A program made the position numbers and the translations under genes. Below are positions 27,778 to 36,651 of a stretch of 64,000 bases of DNA, piece by piece. The notes under the pieces are model-generated. The model did no database searches, was not told where the DNA came from, and was given only the letters and a program-made list of their open reading frames with translations. Numbering within the stretch: position 1 is the first letter of the stretch; each line of letters opens with the position of its first letter. This DNA comes from an uncultured Spirochaetia bacterium (lineage in GTDB: Bacteria > Spirochaetota > Spirochaetia > SZUA-6 > Bin103), in NCBI GenBank assembly GCA_958296075.1, contig CATQHW010000005.1, positions 73,270 through 137,269 of the forward strand. The letters are read 5' to 3'.

Positions 27778-30700
27778 TCACCTCCGCACGTTGTCTTCCG
27801 CGCGGCGCGGCGGGTACGACGGCTGCAGGAGGTACGGCTCCTCGTTCGGAAGCAGCGAGAGCGTGGCGGTCTCCGTAAACGCGGGGATGCGGCCGACGAC
27901 CTTGCCGTTCTGCGTGACCTCCACCGGTGCGTCGAACCAATCGGTCGGCCGCCTGAATATCAACGTCAACGGCTGATCGAACCGGTCATTGTCCAGACCG
28001 TCCGCCAGCACGAACTCGATCCGGCGCGTCACTCCGTCCCGTTCGATCACCTGCATGGTAACCTCGGCGTTCTCCCGTTCCCGCAGGTAGAGAACCACGT
28101 CGTTCATCGGGGCGACCCAGAAGTCGCGGGCGGCGATGGCTCGAAGGTCCGCCTGAAAGTCTTCCCAGTCGTAGAATCCCCAGCCCTCTCGGCTGCCGAT
28201 ATTGTGGTACACGGGAATGATCCAGGCCGTACTGTGGAGCGCGTGGTCCAGGATGGGGACCAGCTCTCGGGTGTCGTTGATGCACCAGTCGCACTGCCGG
28301 AAGTCGATGCTCTCCATGGTCAGGGCGGGCAGGAAGAACCAGTTATCGGGGGTCGTTTCGGAATCGGGAACGATGTACGGGGTCTGATCCGCCATCCAGA
28401 ACGACAGGCGGCCGGCCAGAAAACCCGCGTCGGCCAGCGCCTGCTGGGTCTCCGCTTCGCCGCCGGCCCCGCGCGGATAGGCGTAGGCTACCGGCTCCAA
28501 CCCCAGGCGCTCCATCACCTCGAAGGAGAGTCGGAACGAATCGTAGGCCTGAGCGTAGGTGAGGGCGTCGTGGTCGACGTGCCAGTGCCCGTGCCCGAAG
28601 AAGCCGAACCCGTGGGCGGTGAGCGACAGAGCGTACTCGATCTGATCGTCGGTCAGGCGGTCGTACAGGTCGCCGGGAACGACGTCCGGGATGAGCTCCG
28701 TCAAGTCGTGCTCGACCCAATCGGGCACCCGGTCTTGGTACATCTGGGTGACCATCTCGTAGTCCAGCACCAGCCCCAGGTCCAGTGCCAGGTCGTCGAC
28801 GGCGTTGGGCGCCCGCGGCGAGCCGTCGTACGTGACGGAGATGGCCGCGTCGTGGTCGTCGAACCACTTCGCTATGGTGATCTCCGGAGAATGGGGAGGC
28901 GGCTTGCTGACCGTGAACGCCGCCTCCCAGAGCTGCTCCCCGCCGCCGCCGGCGGCATACTGGCCGGTGCGGATGCTGGCGATTTCATAGGCGGGAAGCG
29001 GGACCTCCGCCCGGCATCTCCCGTCTGACGCCAAGCCGCGGTTGCGGAATTCGAAGTCCAGGCTATCGAACCCATGCTCCCGGCGATGCGCGGGCAGGTC
29101 GGCGGCGGCGGCCGGTCGGAGGTGCAGGAAGAACTCCGCCTGCGCGTCCCGCGCGGCGCACGGTTCCTTGCGGTAGACCAGCGTGTTCCCGAGCAGGTAG
29201 ACGGCGAAGTCCGGTCGCACCGCCGGTACGACCAGCGTCACGTTCCAGAGCTGCCCGGCGCGCGGCGTAAACTGGCCGGTTGCCAAGCGGGCGACCGGGA
29301 AGTCGGGAAGATCGCGCACCGCTACGCAGAGCCCGCGGTAGCGAAACCCGTGGCGGTCGAAGTCGAAGTCCAGGTTGTGGAACGAGTACCCGGAGACGGG
29401 GAGGTCGTGGTAGTTGCCCGGCACGACGTGCAGGAAGAACCTTGCCTCGACGTCAGCGTCTCGACACCCGTTCTTCGTGAAGATCAGCCGGTCGGCGGCG
29501 GCGTCCAGGTACACCGTGAATTCGGAGCGAAGGCCGATGCTGGCATCTTTCAGAAGCGGCTGCGTGATGCCGCCCGCGTCCAGTGGCGCAGTCGGCGCGC
29601 TGCGGCGCAGGATGACGCCATCATCCAGGGCGGCCACGACCGCCATTCCCGGCATCCGCAGCAATGTCTCCAGACCGTAGCCATAGCGCCCGGAGTCCCG
29701 ATAGAACCAGGCGACGTAGCGCTCCCGGCCGGCGGCCTCCTCCGCGGAGAGCCGAGCCCACGCTCGCGAAAGCTCCTGCGGAAGCTGGTAAGCGCCGGTA
29801 TCCGCCGCCGTCAGAAGGTAGATCGCGGCGCCGTCGGTGCCGTGGATGGCGCCCTGGGGGCGGCCGGCATTCAGGTAACGAACCACGTCGGACTCCGACC
29901 ACTGCCGCGACGCGTAGCCGCCGCCGGTCGCACGCCGCTGTTCGACGTGATCGGCAGTCGCTCCGGCCTGCGGCGCGAGCCACAGCGCGACCAGCAGTGC
30001 GGCGGCGAGTGGCCGCCGCGCCAGCCATCGTCCCGCCGGTCGAACCCGGGAGATCAGCTCATCCAGGACCAGGGTTGCCGTTACCAGCAACGGCGGGAAC
30101 ATCGGCGTCAGGTGCCTGAGCTCGAGCGCGGCGCCGCCTGCGGGAAGGGCGATCAGCAGATAGAGCGCGTACGCCGAAACGAACACGAGAGGGACGGACA
30201 CGTAGGAAATGGCCGTCGCCGTGTGATTTCCCCGCAGGAATCGGCAGCGGCGCCGCGCGAGCGCGTACCCGACGCCGGCCACCGGTACCAGCAGGACGGC
30301 GATCCGCAACGCGACCGCGGGCACGCCGGCACCCGGCATTCCCGCGGCCAACCGGTCCAACAGCCCGAGTCCGGTTCGTCCAATGAGCCACAGGATGAAC
30401 TCACCGGTGGCGGTGTGGAGACTCCGCAGCGGCAGGAATCCGCCGGGACTGGCCGTTCCAAAGGACGCTCCGCTCACGACCAGATTTCCCACCAGCCATG
30501 CGCCGATGGGTGCCGCCGATACGCCGATCCAGACCGCCGCGGCCGCCAGCCTGCTGCGCGCTACGGTGGTTCTCCGTACCAGCAGGAGCAACGCGCCACT
30601 GCCGATCAGAGTCACGCCGGCATAGTGTGTCAGGCCGGCGGCCGCGGCCGCCGCCGCCGCCAGGACGAGGAGCGGCCTCCTGCCCGTGCGCAGAAAGCGG

Positions 30701-32685
30701 TCCAGCGTGGACAGCGACACGACGGCGAACAGGATGAAGGGGATTTCGGGCCACACGTGCGCCGCCACGCCGGCCAGCGAGGTCGACAGGGCGCAGGCGC
30801 AGCCCGCCCAGACGGCCACCAACCGAAACCGAACGCGGCTTCTCACCCACGCGGCGACGGCGTACGCCGTCAGACCGAAGGCGGCGGCATTGAGGTATCC
30901 CGCCGCCGTGACCAGGTCCGCACCGAACAGGCCGGCAGCCGCCAGGGTCACCGGGAAGAGCGGGCCCGCTTCCCGAAACGGGGTGCCGAGGAACGTGACC
31001 AGCCCAGCGCCGTCCAGCAGATTGCGCGCGGCCGACACGTAGAGCGCCGAGTCGGACGTCAGCCCTGGCCCGTAGGCGGTTTCCCACAGCAGAATCAGCA
31101 GCGCACCGACCCCGCCGAGCGCCGCCAGGAACATCGGCAACCCGTCGAGCCGGGCTGCGTGGCGAACGATGCTGCTGCCCGCCAGGGCGCGCCGTGCGGC
31201 GCTCGCGGCGCGTTTGGTGGTGTCCATCTCCATGACCGCCGCGAGCGCGTAGCACAGCGCCAGCGCGTACGGCAGGAACAGGTAGCGGGCGCGGCGATAC
31301 ATCAGATCGTCGGGTATCAGGAGGTGCACGGCGGCGAGCGCCATGAGCGCCGCGATCCACCACGTGCGGCGCAGCAGCGCCGGCCGGTTCCGGCGAGCCT
31401 GCAGGGTAGCGAAGCAGGCGGCCGCGGCGCAGGAGAGGGCCGCGACCCACGTCAGGATTCTGCCGGCCCGCACGCTCCCCAGCCCCATCTGCCAGTACGG
31501 CTCGAAATGCACGACCAGCGGGGCTCCCGCCGGCGCGCGATACCGGTCCGCATACTCGGGAATCGGCAGCCGGCGAGTCAGTTGCTCGAGACCGGGGACG
31601 TCCGTGACGAACTCCCGAACCGTCTGGATCAGGACACCGAGCACTTTGCTGCTCAAGACCCTCCACGTCAGCGCGTCCTGCGGCGCCCCTTCGCATGCTG
31701 CGCGCCACGCGAACCAGTCGGGAACGAGACACGCCTCGAGCGCCATCTTGGCCGCCTGACCCAGGGCGTAGGCAGCGGCGAAACCGGCGATATAGAGCCC
31801 AACGCACCCGCCGGCCAGCCGTGCCCGGCCGGCGGGTGCGGGTTGGTGGTCGTATCCGAAATAGACCAGCATGCCGATGAGCGTGACCATCACGATGCCG
31901 TGTCCGTCGCCCAACCACAGGTATGACGAAACCATGCCGGCGGCGAAGCAGACCAGCCGCGTCAGCCGCAGGCGGGTCTCCGGCGGTGTCGGAGACGGCA
32001 GCCGCGCGCGCATGGCGACGACCAGCGCGACGGACGTCCATACCGCCCAGGCGTACGGTATGCCGATGGCGACGCCTGACAACCAGCGGATGCCGGAGAA
32101 CAGGCAGCCGAAGACGATCAGCGGCGCAAGGATGGCCAGCGTCCGGGGCGCGAGCAGCAGCAGCGCCGCCGCCAGCGCGATCCAACCGGCGTACGCGGCA
32201 TACCGTATCAGGATGCGGATGTCCTGCACGGAAAGGCTGCGCAGCATGACGGCATAGAGCGCCTTGCTGCCCCACCAGTATTGCGTTGAGGAGAAATATT
32301 CGTCTACGTAGAGCCCGTTTACCGCGTCCGCCAACTCGCCGCAGTAATCGTAGTAATCGCCTCGCGGCGCCAACACCTTCGGCAGCAGAGCGTCGCGGAA
32401 TCCGTTGCCGCCCTCGGCGAGCGGCTGGTGCGCTCCGGCCAGGACCATCGCCGACAGCTTGCAGTCCTCGAATGGTGTATTGAATCCTGCCGCGAAGCCC
32501 TCGTCCGGCCGATCGGTCGCGATCTCGGCGGCGAACTTCTGCACCGCGGCGCGAAAGTAGATCTGGTTGCCGAGGTGGTGCAGGAAGATGAACAGCGCCG
32601 TGCCGAGTAGCGCCGTCGCCGTATAGACGGCGACCGGCGCGAGGGGCGAGCGCCGCCGCGGCGCCCGCCCCTCGTCCGCGCCCAT
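27778..32685 (-). CDS. 1635-aa fusion: membrane domain + GT-C-like domain + two repeated domains + CE4-like deacetylase
   Basis: Start ATG 32685 coupled (TGATG) to the GT2 stop. Internal GLTSDSALYVSAARNLL homologous to 19578-21938; two FFLH..P...LDF.F...TGQ domains; C-terminal KWFDDHDAAISVTYDG, GHGHWH, AYAYPRG, IPVYH. Confidence 0.78.
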   Translation of the reverse strand: MGADEGRAPRRRSPLAPVAVYTATALLGTALFIFLHHLGNQIYFRAAVQKFAAEIATDRPDEGFAAGFNTPFEDCKLSAMVLAGAHQPLAEGGNGFRDALLPKVLAPRGDYYDYCGELADAVNGLYVDEYFSSTQYWWGSKALYAVMLRSLSVQDIRILIRYAAYAGWIALAAALLLLAPRTLAILAPLIVFGCLFSGIRWLSGVAIGIPYAWAVWTSVALVVAMRARLPSPTPPETRLRLTRLVCFAAGMVSSYLWLGDGHGIVMVTLIGMLVYFGYDHQPAPAGRARLAGGCVGLYIAGFAAAYALGQAAKMALEACLVPDWFAWRAACEGAPQDALTWRVLSSKVLGVLIQTVREFVTDVPGLEQLTRRLPIPEYADRYRAPAGAPLVVHFEPYWQMGLGSVRAGRILTWVAALSCAAAACFATLQARRNRPALLRRTWWIAALMALAAVHLLIPDDLMYRRARYLFLPYALALCYALAAVMEMDTTKRAASAARRALAGSSIVRHAARLDGLPMFLAALGGVGALLILLWETAYGPGLTSDSALYVSAARNLLDGAGLVTFLGTPFREAGPLFPVTLAAAGLFGADLVTAAGYLNAAAFGLTAYAVAAWVRSRVRFRLVAVWAGCACALSTSLAGVAAHVWPEIPFILFAVVSLSTLDRFLRTGRRPLLVLAAAAAAAAGLTHYAGVTLIGSGALLLLVRRTTVARSRLAAAAVWIGVSAAPIGAWLVGNLVVSGASFGTASPGGFLPLRSLHTATGEFILWLIGRTGLGLLDRLAAGMPGAGVPAVALRIAVLLVPVAGVGYALARRRCRFLRGNHTATAISYVSVPLVFVSAYALYLLIALPAGGAALELRHLTPMFPPLLVTATLVLDELISRVRPAGRWLARRPLAAALLVALWLAPQAGATADHVEQRRATGGGYASRQWSESDVVRYLNAGRPQGAIHGTDGAAIYLLTAADTGAYQLPQELSRAWARLSAEEAAGRERYVAWFYRDSGRYGYGLETLLRMPGMAVVAALDDGVILRRSAPTAPLDAGGITQPLLKDASIGLRSEFTVYLDAAADRLIFTKNGCRDADVEARFFLHVVPGNYHDLPVSGYSFHNLDFDFDRHGFRYRGLCVAVRDLPDFPVARLATGQFTPRAGQLWNVTLVVPAVRPDFAVYLLGNTLVYRKEPCAARDAQAEFFLHLRPAAAADLPAHRREHGFDSLDFEFRNRGLASDGRCRAEVPLPAYEIASIRTGQYAAGGGGEQLWEAAFTVSKPPPHSPEITIAKWFDDHDAAISVTYDGSPRAPNAVDDLALDLGLVLDYEMVTQMYQDRVPDWVEHDLTELIPDVVPGDLYDRLTDDQIEYALSLTAHGFGFFGHGHWHVDHDALTYAQAYDSFRLSFEVMERLGLEPVAYAYPRGAGGEAETQQALADAGFLAGRLSFWMADQTPYIVPDSETTPDNWFFLPALTMESIDFRQCDWCINDTRELVPILDHALHSTAWIIPVYHNIGSREGWGFYDWEDFQADLRAIAARDFWVAPMNDVVLYLRERENAEVTMQVIERDGVTRRIEFVLADGLDNDRFDQPLTLIFRRPTDWFDAPVEVTQNGKVVGRIPAFTETATLSLLPNEEPYLLQPSYPPRRAEDNVRR

Positions 32686-33872
32686 CACCGCTCGCGCGTC
32701 GACCCGCGCATGGTCCCCTGCGTCGCCAGCAGCGCGTAGAAAAAGGCGGAGAATATCAGCTCCACGCCACAGATCAGGAGCGTAACGGACGGAACCGCCG
32801 CGCGCATCCGCACCTCGATGTTCGGGCTGCCCATCTGTGCCCATACGAACAGGCTCCAGATGCTTCCCGCCGCTCCCACCAGCACCAGAATGATCCCCGT
32901 CACCACGCCGACGTCCAGGAGCAGGCCGCTCTTCGGGTTCAGCCGCGCCGACCAGCGTCCGTCAGACAGACCGATGTTCTCGCAGAACGCGCTCGCCAGT
33001 AGTGCGAAGATGATCAGTTGCAACCCGCACACCACGAACGCCGCGCCGAACAGCATGGTGTACGATCCGTAGCTGCCGCCCGCTTCCACGGGGTACAGAA
33101 TCGGTATGAGTATCGCCAGCGCTCCGGCCGCGAACAGCATACATCCCGGATAGAGATACAGCCAGCGGGGCGACAGCATCAACAGGAGCCGAAGATGACG
33201 CCAGCCGTCCCGCCACACTCGCAGGTGCGAAGCGCGCTCCGGATCGAGCGCGTGGCGCTGTACCACCGGCACTTCGGCTATGCGCATGTCGGCCTTCACG
33301 GCCTTGACGATCATCTCGCTGGCCGCCTCCATGCCCGGGCACCGCAGCGCAAGGGAGCGCGCGCTGCAAGTCTTGAATCCCCGCAGACCGCAGTTGAAGT
33401 CCCTGACCGGCGAGCGGAACAGCACCTTGCCGACGCCGGACAGGACCGCGGTGCCGGCGTTGCGCAATCGGCTCGATGCGGCGACGCCGGCCGCGAACCG
33501 GTTCCCGAACACGAAGTCGTAGCCTTCGCGCAGCTTTTCGTAGTACGGCTCCAGCGATCCCAGGTCGTGCTCGCCGTCGCCGTCTCCCAGGATGATGAAG
33601 CGGCCGCGGGCGGCGTCGATGCCGGCGTTGATCGCGTTGCCGTATCCCGGACGCGACTCGACGACGACCCGCGCGCCGGCGCCTTGGGCCAGATCGGCCG
33701 AGCGGTCGCGGCTGTCGTTGTCGACCACGACGACCTCTCCGTCGATGCCGTTCCGGTCCAGGAAGCCGCGGGCTTCGCCGACGCAGTGAGCGATCGAGCC
33801 CTCCTCGTTGCGGCACAGGATCACGATCGTGAGGTCGTGCCGCGCTCGCGACGGACCGGCGGGTTCGGGCAT
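32685..33872 (-). CDS. GT2 glycosyltransferase, DPM1-like (polyprenyl-phosphate sugar synthase) with C-terminal TM helices
   Basis: CRNEE, VVVDNDSRD, GYGNA, GDGDGEHD, DFNCGLRGF, SHLRVWRDGWRHL. Confidence 0.9.
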   Translation of the reverse strand: MPEPAGPSRARHDLTIVILCRNEEGSIAHCVGEARGFLDRNGIDGEVVVVDNDSRDRSADLAQGAGARVVVESRPGYGNAINAGIDAARGRFIILGDGDGEHDLGSLEPYYEKLREGYDFVFGNRFAAGVAASSRLRNAGTAVLSGVGKVLFRSPVRDFNCGLRGFKTCSARSLALRCPGMEAASEMIVKAVKADMRIAEVPVVQRHALDPERASHLRVWRDGWRHLRLLLMLSPRWLYLYPGCMLFAAGALAILIPILYPVEAGGSYGSYTMLFGAAFVVCGLQLIIFALLASAFCENIGLSDGRWSARLNPKSGLLLDVGVVTGIILVLVGAAGSIWSLFVWAQMGSPNIEVRMRAAVPSVTLLICGVELIFSAFFYALLATQGTMRGSTRER

Positions 33873-33878
33873 GGCGGA

Positions 33879-34856
33879 TCAGGACTCCGGAGGAGCGATG
33901 TCGGCGGCGTGAACCCAGCCGAAGTTGCGGTAGCTGCCGCGTACGCGCACGTCGTACCAGTCGCCCACGCGGCCCAGCACCGACAGCCGGTCGCCCGGCC
34001 GCAGATGCAGCCGCACCCCGGACCGGCGGTCGGGGGATGCGTGAACGGCGATGCCGGCGCGCGGCGAGCGCAGGAATTCGGTCCGCGGCGCCACGAGCGA
34101 TTGGCGGTCGTGCGGGTCGCGCTGCTCCAGGTAGGCCAGCAGGCCGTCGGCAAGCCCGCGCGCCGCCGCCTCCGGCCGCTCGTGCAGGAACGCGCGGTCG
34201 CGGGCGTTGCTCAGGTAGCCGAGCTCGAAGATCGTCGCCGGTGTGGTGGGGGCGATGGCGTGCCGGTAGCGGCCGCTGAAGGCGTAGTAACCGCGCATGT
34301 TGATGGTGATTCCGTTCAGGTCCTCCGGCAGGCCGGTGGCCGGCCCGTAGTGGTCGCGCAGCGCAGCGACCAGCAGGCGCGAGGCCGGGGAGGCGTACCA
34401 CGGCGGCGACGCCTTGTAGCCGCGCACGTCGGTATTCGTGCTGCCGTCGGCATGGATTGCCACGAAGGCGTCGGCGTCGAATCCCGGCGGGATGGTGGCC
34501 GGCAGCACCTCGACCACGACGCCTTCGGCCTCCAGGATGGCAGCGACCGCGTGGACCACCGCGCGGTTGATCTCCACCTCACCGATGCCGCCGGCATACG
34601 CCCCGGTAGAGTTGCGCAGACGGCGCAACTCGTCCGGCAGCAGCGCCGCGTCCAGGTGCCCGATCTGCAGGCCGACCCGCCACGGCGCATCGGCGCCGCG
34701 CACCGCGGCCGGCTGGCCGGCGGTTTCGCCGCCGCGCGGCGCGGCGGACCGGGCGGGCTGGCTACGGAAATACAGGATCGCCCACGAGACCGTCGCGGCG
34801 GCCACCAGGACGAGCACCGCGGCAGCGGCCGGCCGCACGCGCGTAACGGACTTCAC
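33879..34856 (-). CDS. N-acetylmuramoyl-L-alanine amidase (Amidase_3) with C-terminal SH3b domain
   Basis: N-terminal TM; QIGH...E...AIHADG...ELGYL; GDWYDVR...GWV. Start uncertain (34856 or 34883). Confidence 0.8.
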   Translation of the reverse strand: MKSVTRVRPAAAAVLVLVAAATVSWAILYFRSQPARSAAPRGGETAGQPAAVRGADAPWRVGLQIGHLDAALLPDELRRLRNSTGAYAGGIGEVEINRAVVHAVAAILEAEGVVVEVLPATIPPGFDADAFVAIHADGSTNTDVRGYKASPPWYASPASRLLVAALRDHYGPATGLPEDLNGITINMRGYYAFSGRYRHAIAPTTPATIFELGYLSNARDRAFLHERPEAAARGLADGLLAYLEQRDPHDRQSLVAPRTEFLRSPRAGIAVHASPDRRSGVRLHLRPGDRLSVLGRVGDWYDVRVRGSYRNFGWVHAADIAPPES

Positions 34857-34868
34857 GGACCCCGACAG

Positions 34869-34874
34869 TATAAT
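34869..34874 (+). promoter_or_regulatory. Consensus -10 box TATAAT 7 nt before ATG 34882 (probably leaderless)
   Basis: TATAAT-gccgttc-ATG with no SD. Confidence 0.6.
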
Positions 34875-34881
34875 GCCGTTC

Positions 34882-36636
34882 ATGCGGCCTGAGAACGTCG
34901 AGCGCGAGGGCGTTCGCTACGAACCCGACGACAAGCCGCCGAGGGCGCTGACGTTCGGCCTTGGCGTGCAGTTCACGATTCTGAGCATCGCCGGCGTGGT
35001 GCTGACGCCCGCCATCGTGATCCGCGCCGCCGGCGGCAGCGAAGTCTACCTGACGTGGGCGGTGTTCGCCGCGGTCGCGGTCAGCGGCGTCACCACCATA
35101 CTCCAGGCGGTTCGGGTCGGTCGCGTCGGCGCCGGCTACGTGCTGCTGATGGGGACCTCCGGCGCCTTCATCGCCGTCTGCGTCACGGCGCTGGCTCGAG
35201 GCGGTCCGGCGATGCTCGCCACGCTGGTGGTCATCTCGTCGCTGTTCCAGTTCGCGCTGGCGGCGCGCCTCTCGCTGCTGCGCCGGGTGTTGACGCCCAC
35301 CGTGGCGGGAACGGTGATCATGCTGATCGCGGTCACGGTGATGCCGATCGTCTTCGACATGCTGGAGGAGGTGCCGGAGGGCGCTCCGCCGCTCGCGGCG
35401 CCGATCTGCGCGCTGGCGACCGTGCTGGTCATCACCGGACTGGCGCTGAAGGCGACCGGACCGCTGCGCCTCTGGGCGCCGGTCATCGGCGTCGCCGCCG
35501 GCTCCGCGGTCGCCGGCTTGTTCGGCGTCTACGACGCGGACGCGGTGGCGCGGGCGGCGTGGATCGGCATTCCGAACAGCGACTGGCCCGGCCTCGACCT
35601 GAGCTTCGGACCGGTCTTCTGGGCGCTCCTGCCGGCGTTCGTGTTCGTGACGCTGGTCGGCGCCATCGAGACGATCGGCGACTCGGTCGCCATCCAGCGC
35701 GTCTCCTGGCGCCGCTCGCGGGCGGTCGATTTCCGCGCGGTGCAAGGCGCGGTGGCCGCCGACGGAACCGGCAATCTCCTGTCCGGCTTGGCGGGAACCG
35801 TGCCGAACACGACCTATTCGTCCTCCATCGCAATCACGGAACTGACCGGCGTCGCCGCCCGCCGCGTCGGCGTCGCCATCGGCATCATCTACGTCGCGCT
35901 GGCGTTCCTGCCCAAGGCGCTGGCGGCGGTGGTGGCGATTCCGGCGCCGGTAAGCGCCGCCTACCTGCTGGTGATTCTGTCGATGCTGTTCGTACAGGGA
36001 TTGCGGATGGTGGTGCAGGACGGCATCGACTATCGGAAGGGCTTGGTCGTGGGTATCTCGTTCTGGGCCGGGGTGGGCTTCCAGAGCGGCGTGATCTTTC
36101 CCGAGTACTTCTCGCAGGTGGCCGGCGGTCTGCTGCAGAACGGCATGACCGCCGGCGGTCTGGTGGCGATCCTGATGACCTTGATCATGGAGTTGACGGC
36201 GCCGCGACGCAGCCGCCTGGAGGTGGAGATCGATCGGTCCGACCTGCCGAAGATCACGGAGTTCCTCCGCGCGTTCGCCTCCCGCCACGGCTGGGACGCG
36301 GCGATGGCGCAGCGTCTGGACGCCGCCGCCGAGGAGACGCTGCTGTCGCTCGTCGGACCGGACGAAGCCGCGCGGGAGCGCGACCGCCGGCGGTTGCTGC
36401 TGGTCGCCTATAGACAGGACGGCGGCGCGGTGATCGAGTTCACGGCGTCCACCGGCCGGGAGAACCTCCAGGACCGGCTCGCGCTGCTCGAAGCGCCGTC
36501 CGCCGAGGCCCCGGACGAGCGGGAAATCTCGCTGCGGCTCCTGCGGCACCTCGCGTCTTCGGTACGCCACACGCAGTACCACGACACGGAGATCGTGACC
36601 GTCCGCGTGGATGCGCCACCGCCGGCCGCCGGCTGA
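34882..36636 (+). CDS. NCS2 (xanthine/uracil permease family) transporter fused to a C-terminal HATPase/RsbW-like domain
   Basis: YEPDDKPP...LGVQ, MGTSGAF, PTVAGTVIMLI, ETIGD, ADG, LTGVAARR; soluble tail LPKITEFL...EETLLSL...ISLRLLRHLASSVRHTQY. Confidence 0.85.
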   Translation: MRPENVEREGVRYEPDDKPPRALTFGLGVQFTILSIAGVVLTPAIVIRAAGGSEVYLTWAVFAAVAVSGVTTILQAVRVGRVGAGYVLLMGTSGAFIAVCVTALARGGPAMLATLVVISSLFQFALAARLSLLRRVLTPTVAGTVIMLIAVTVMPIVFDMLEEVPEGAPPLAAPICALATVLVITGLALKATGPLRLWAPVIGVAAGSAVAGLFGVYDADAVARAAWIGIPNSDWPGLDLSFGPVFWALLPAFVFVTLVGAIETIGDSVAIQRVSWRRSRAVDFRAVQGAVAADGTGNLLSGLAGTVPNTTYSSSIAITELTGVAARRVGVAIGIIYVALAFLPKALAAVVAIPAPVSAAYLLVILSMLFVQGLRMVVQDGIDYRKGLVVGISFWAGVGFQSGVIFPEYFSQVAGGLLQNGMTAGGLVAILMTLIMELTAPRRSRLEVEIDRSDLPKITEFLRAFASRHGWDAAMAQRLDAAAEETLLSLVGPDEAARERDRRRLLLVAYRQDGGAVIEFTASTGRENLQDRLALLEAPSAEAPDEREISLRLLRHLASSVRHTQYHDTEIVTVRVDAPPPAAG

Positions 36637-36651
36637 CAGAATAGAGCCGGA

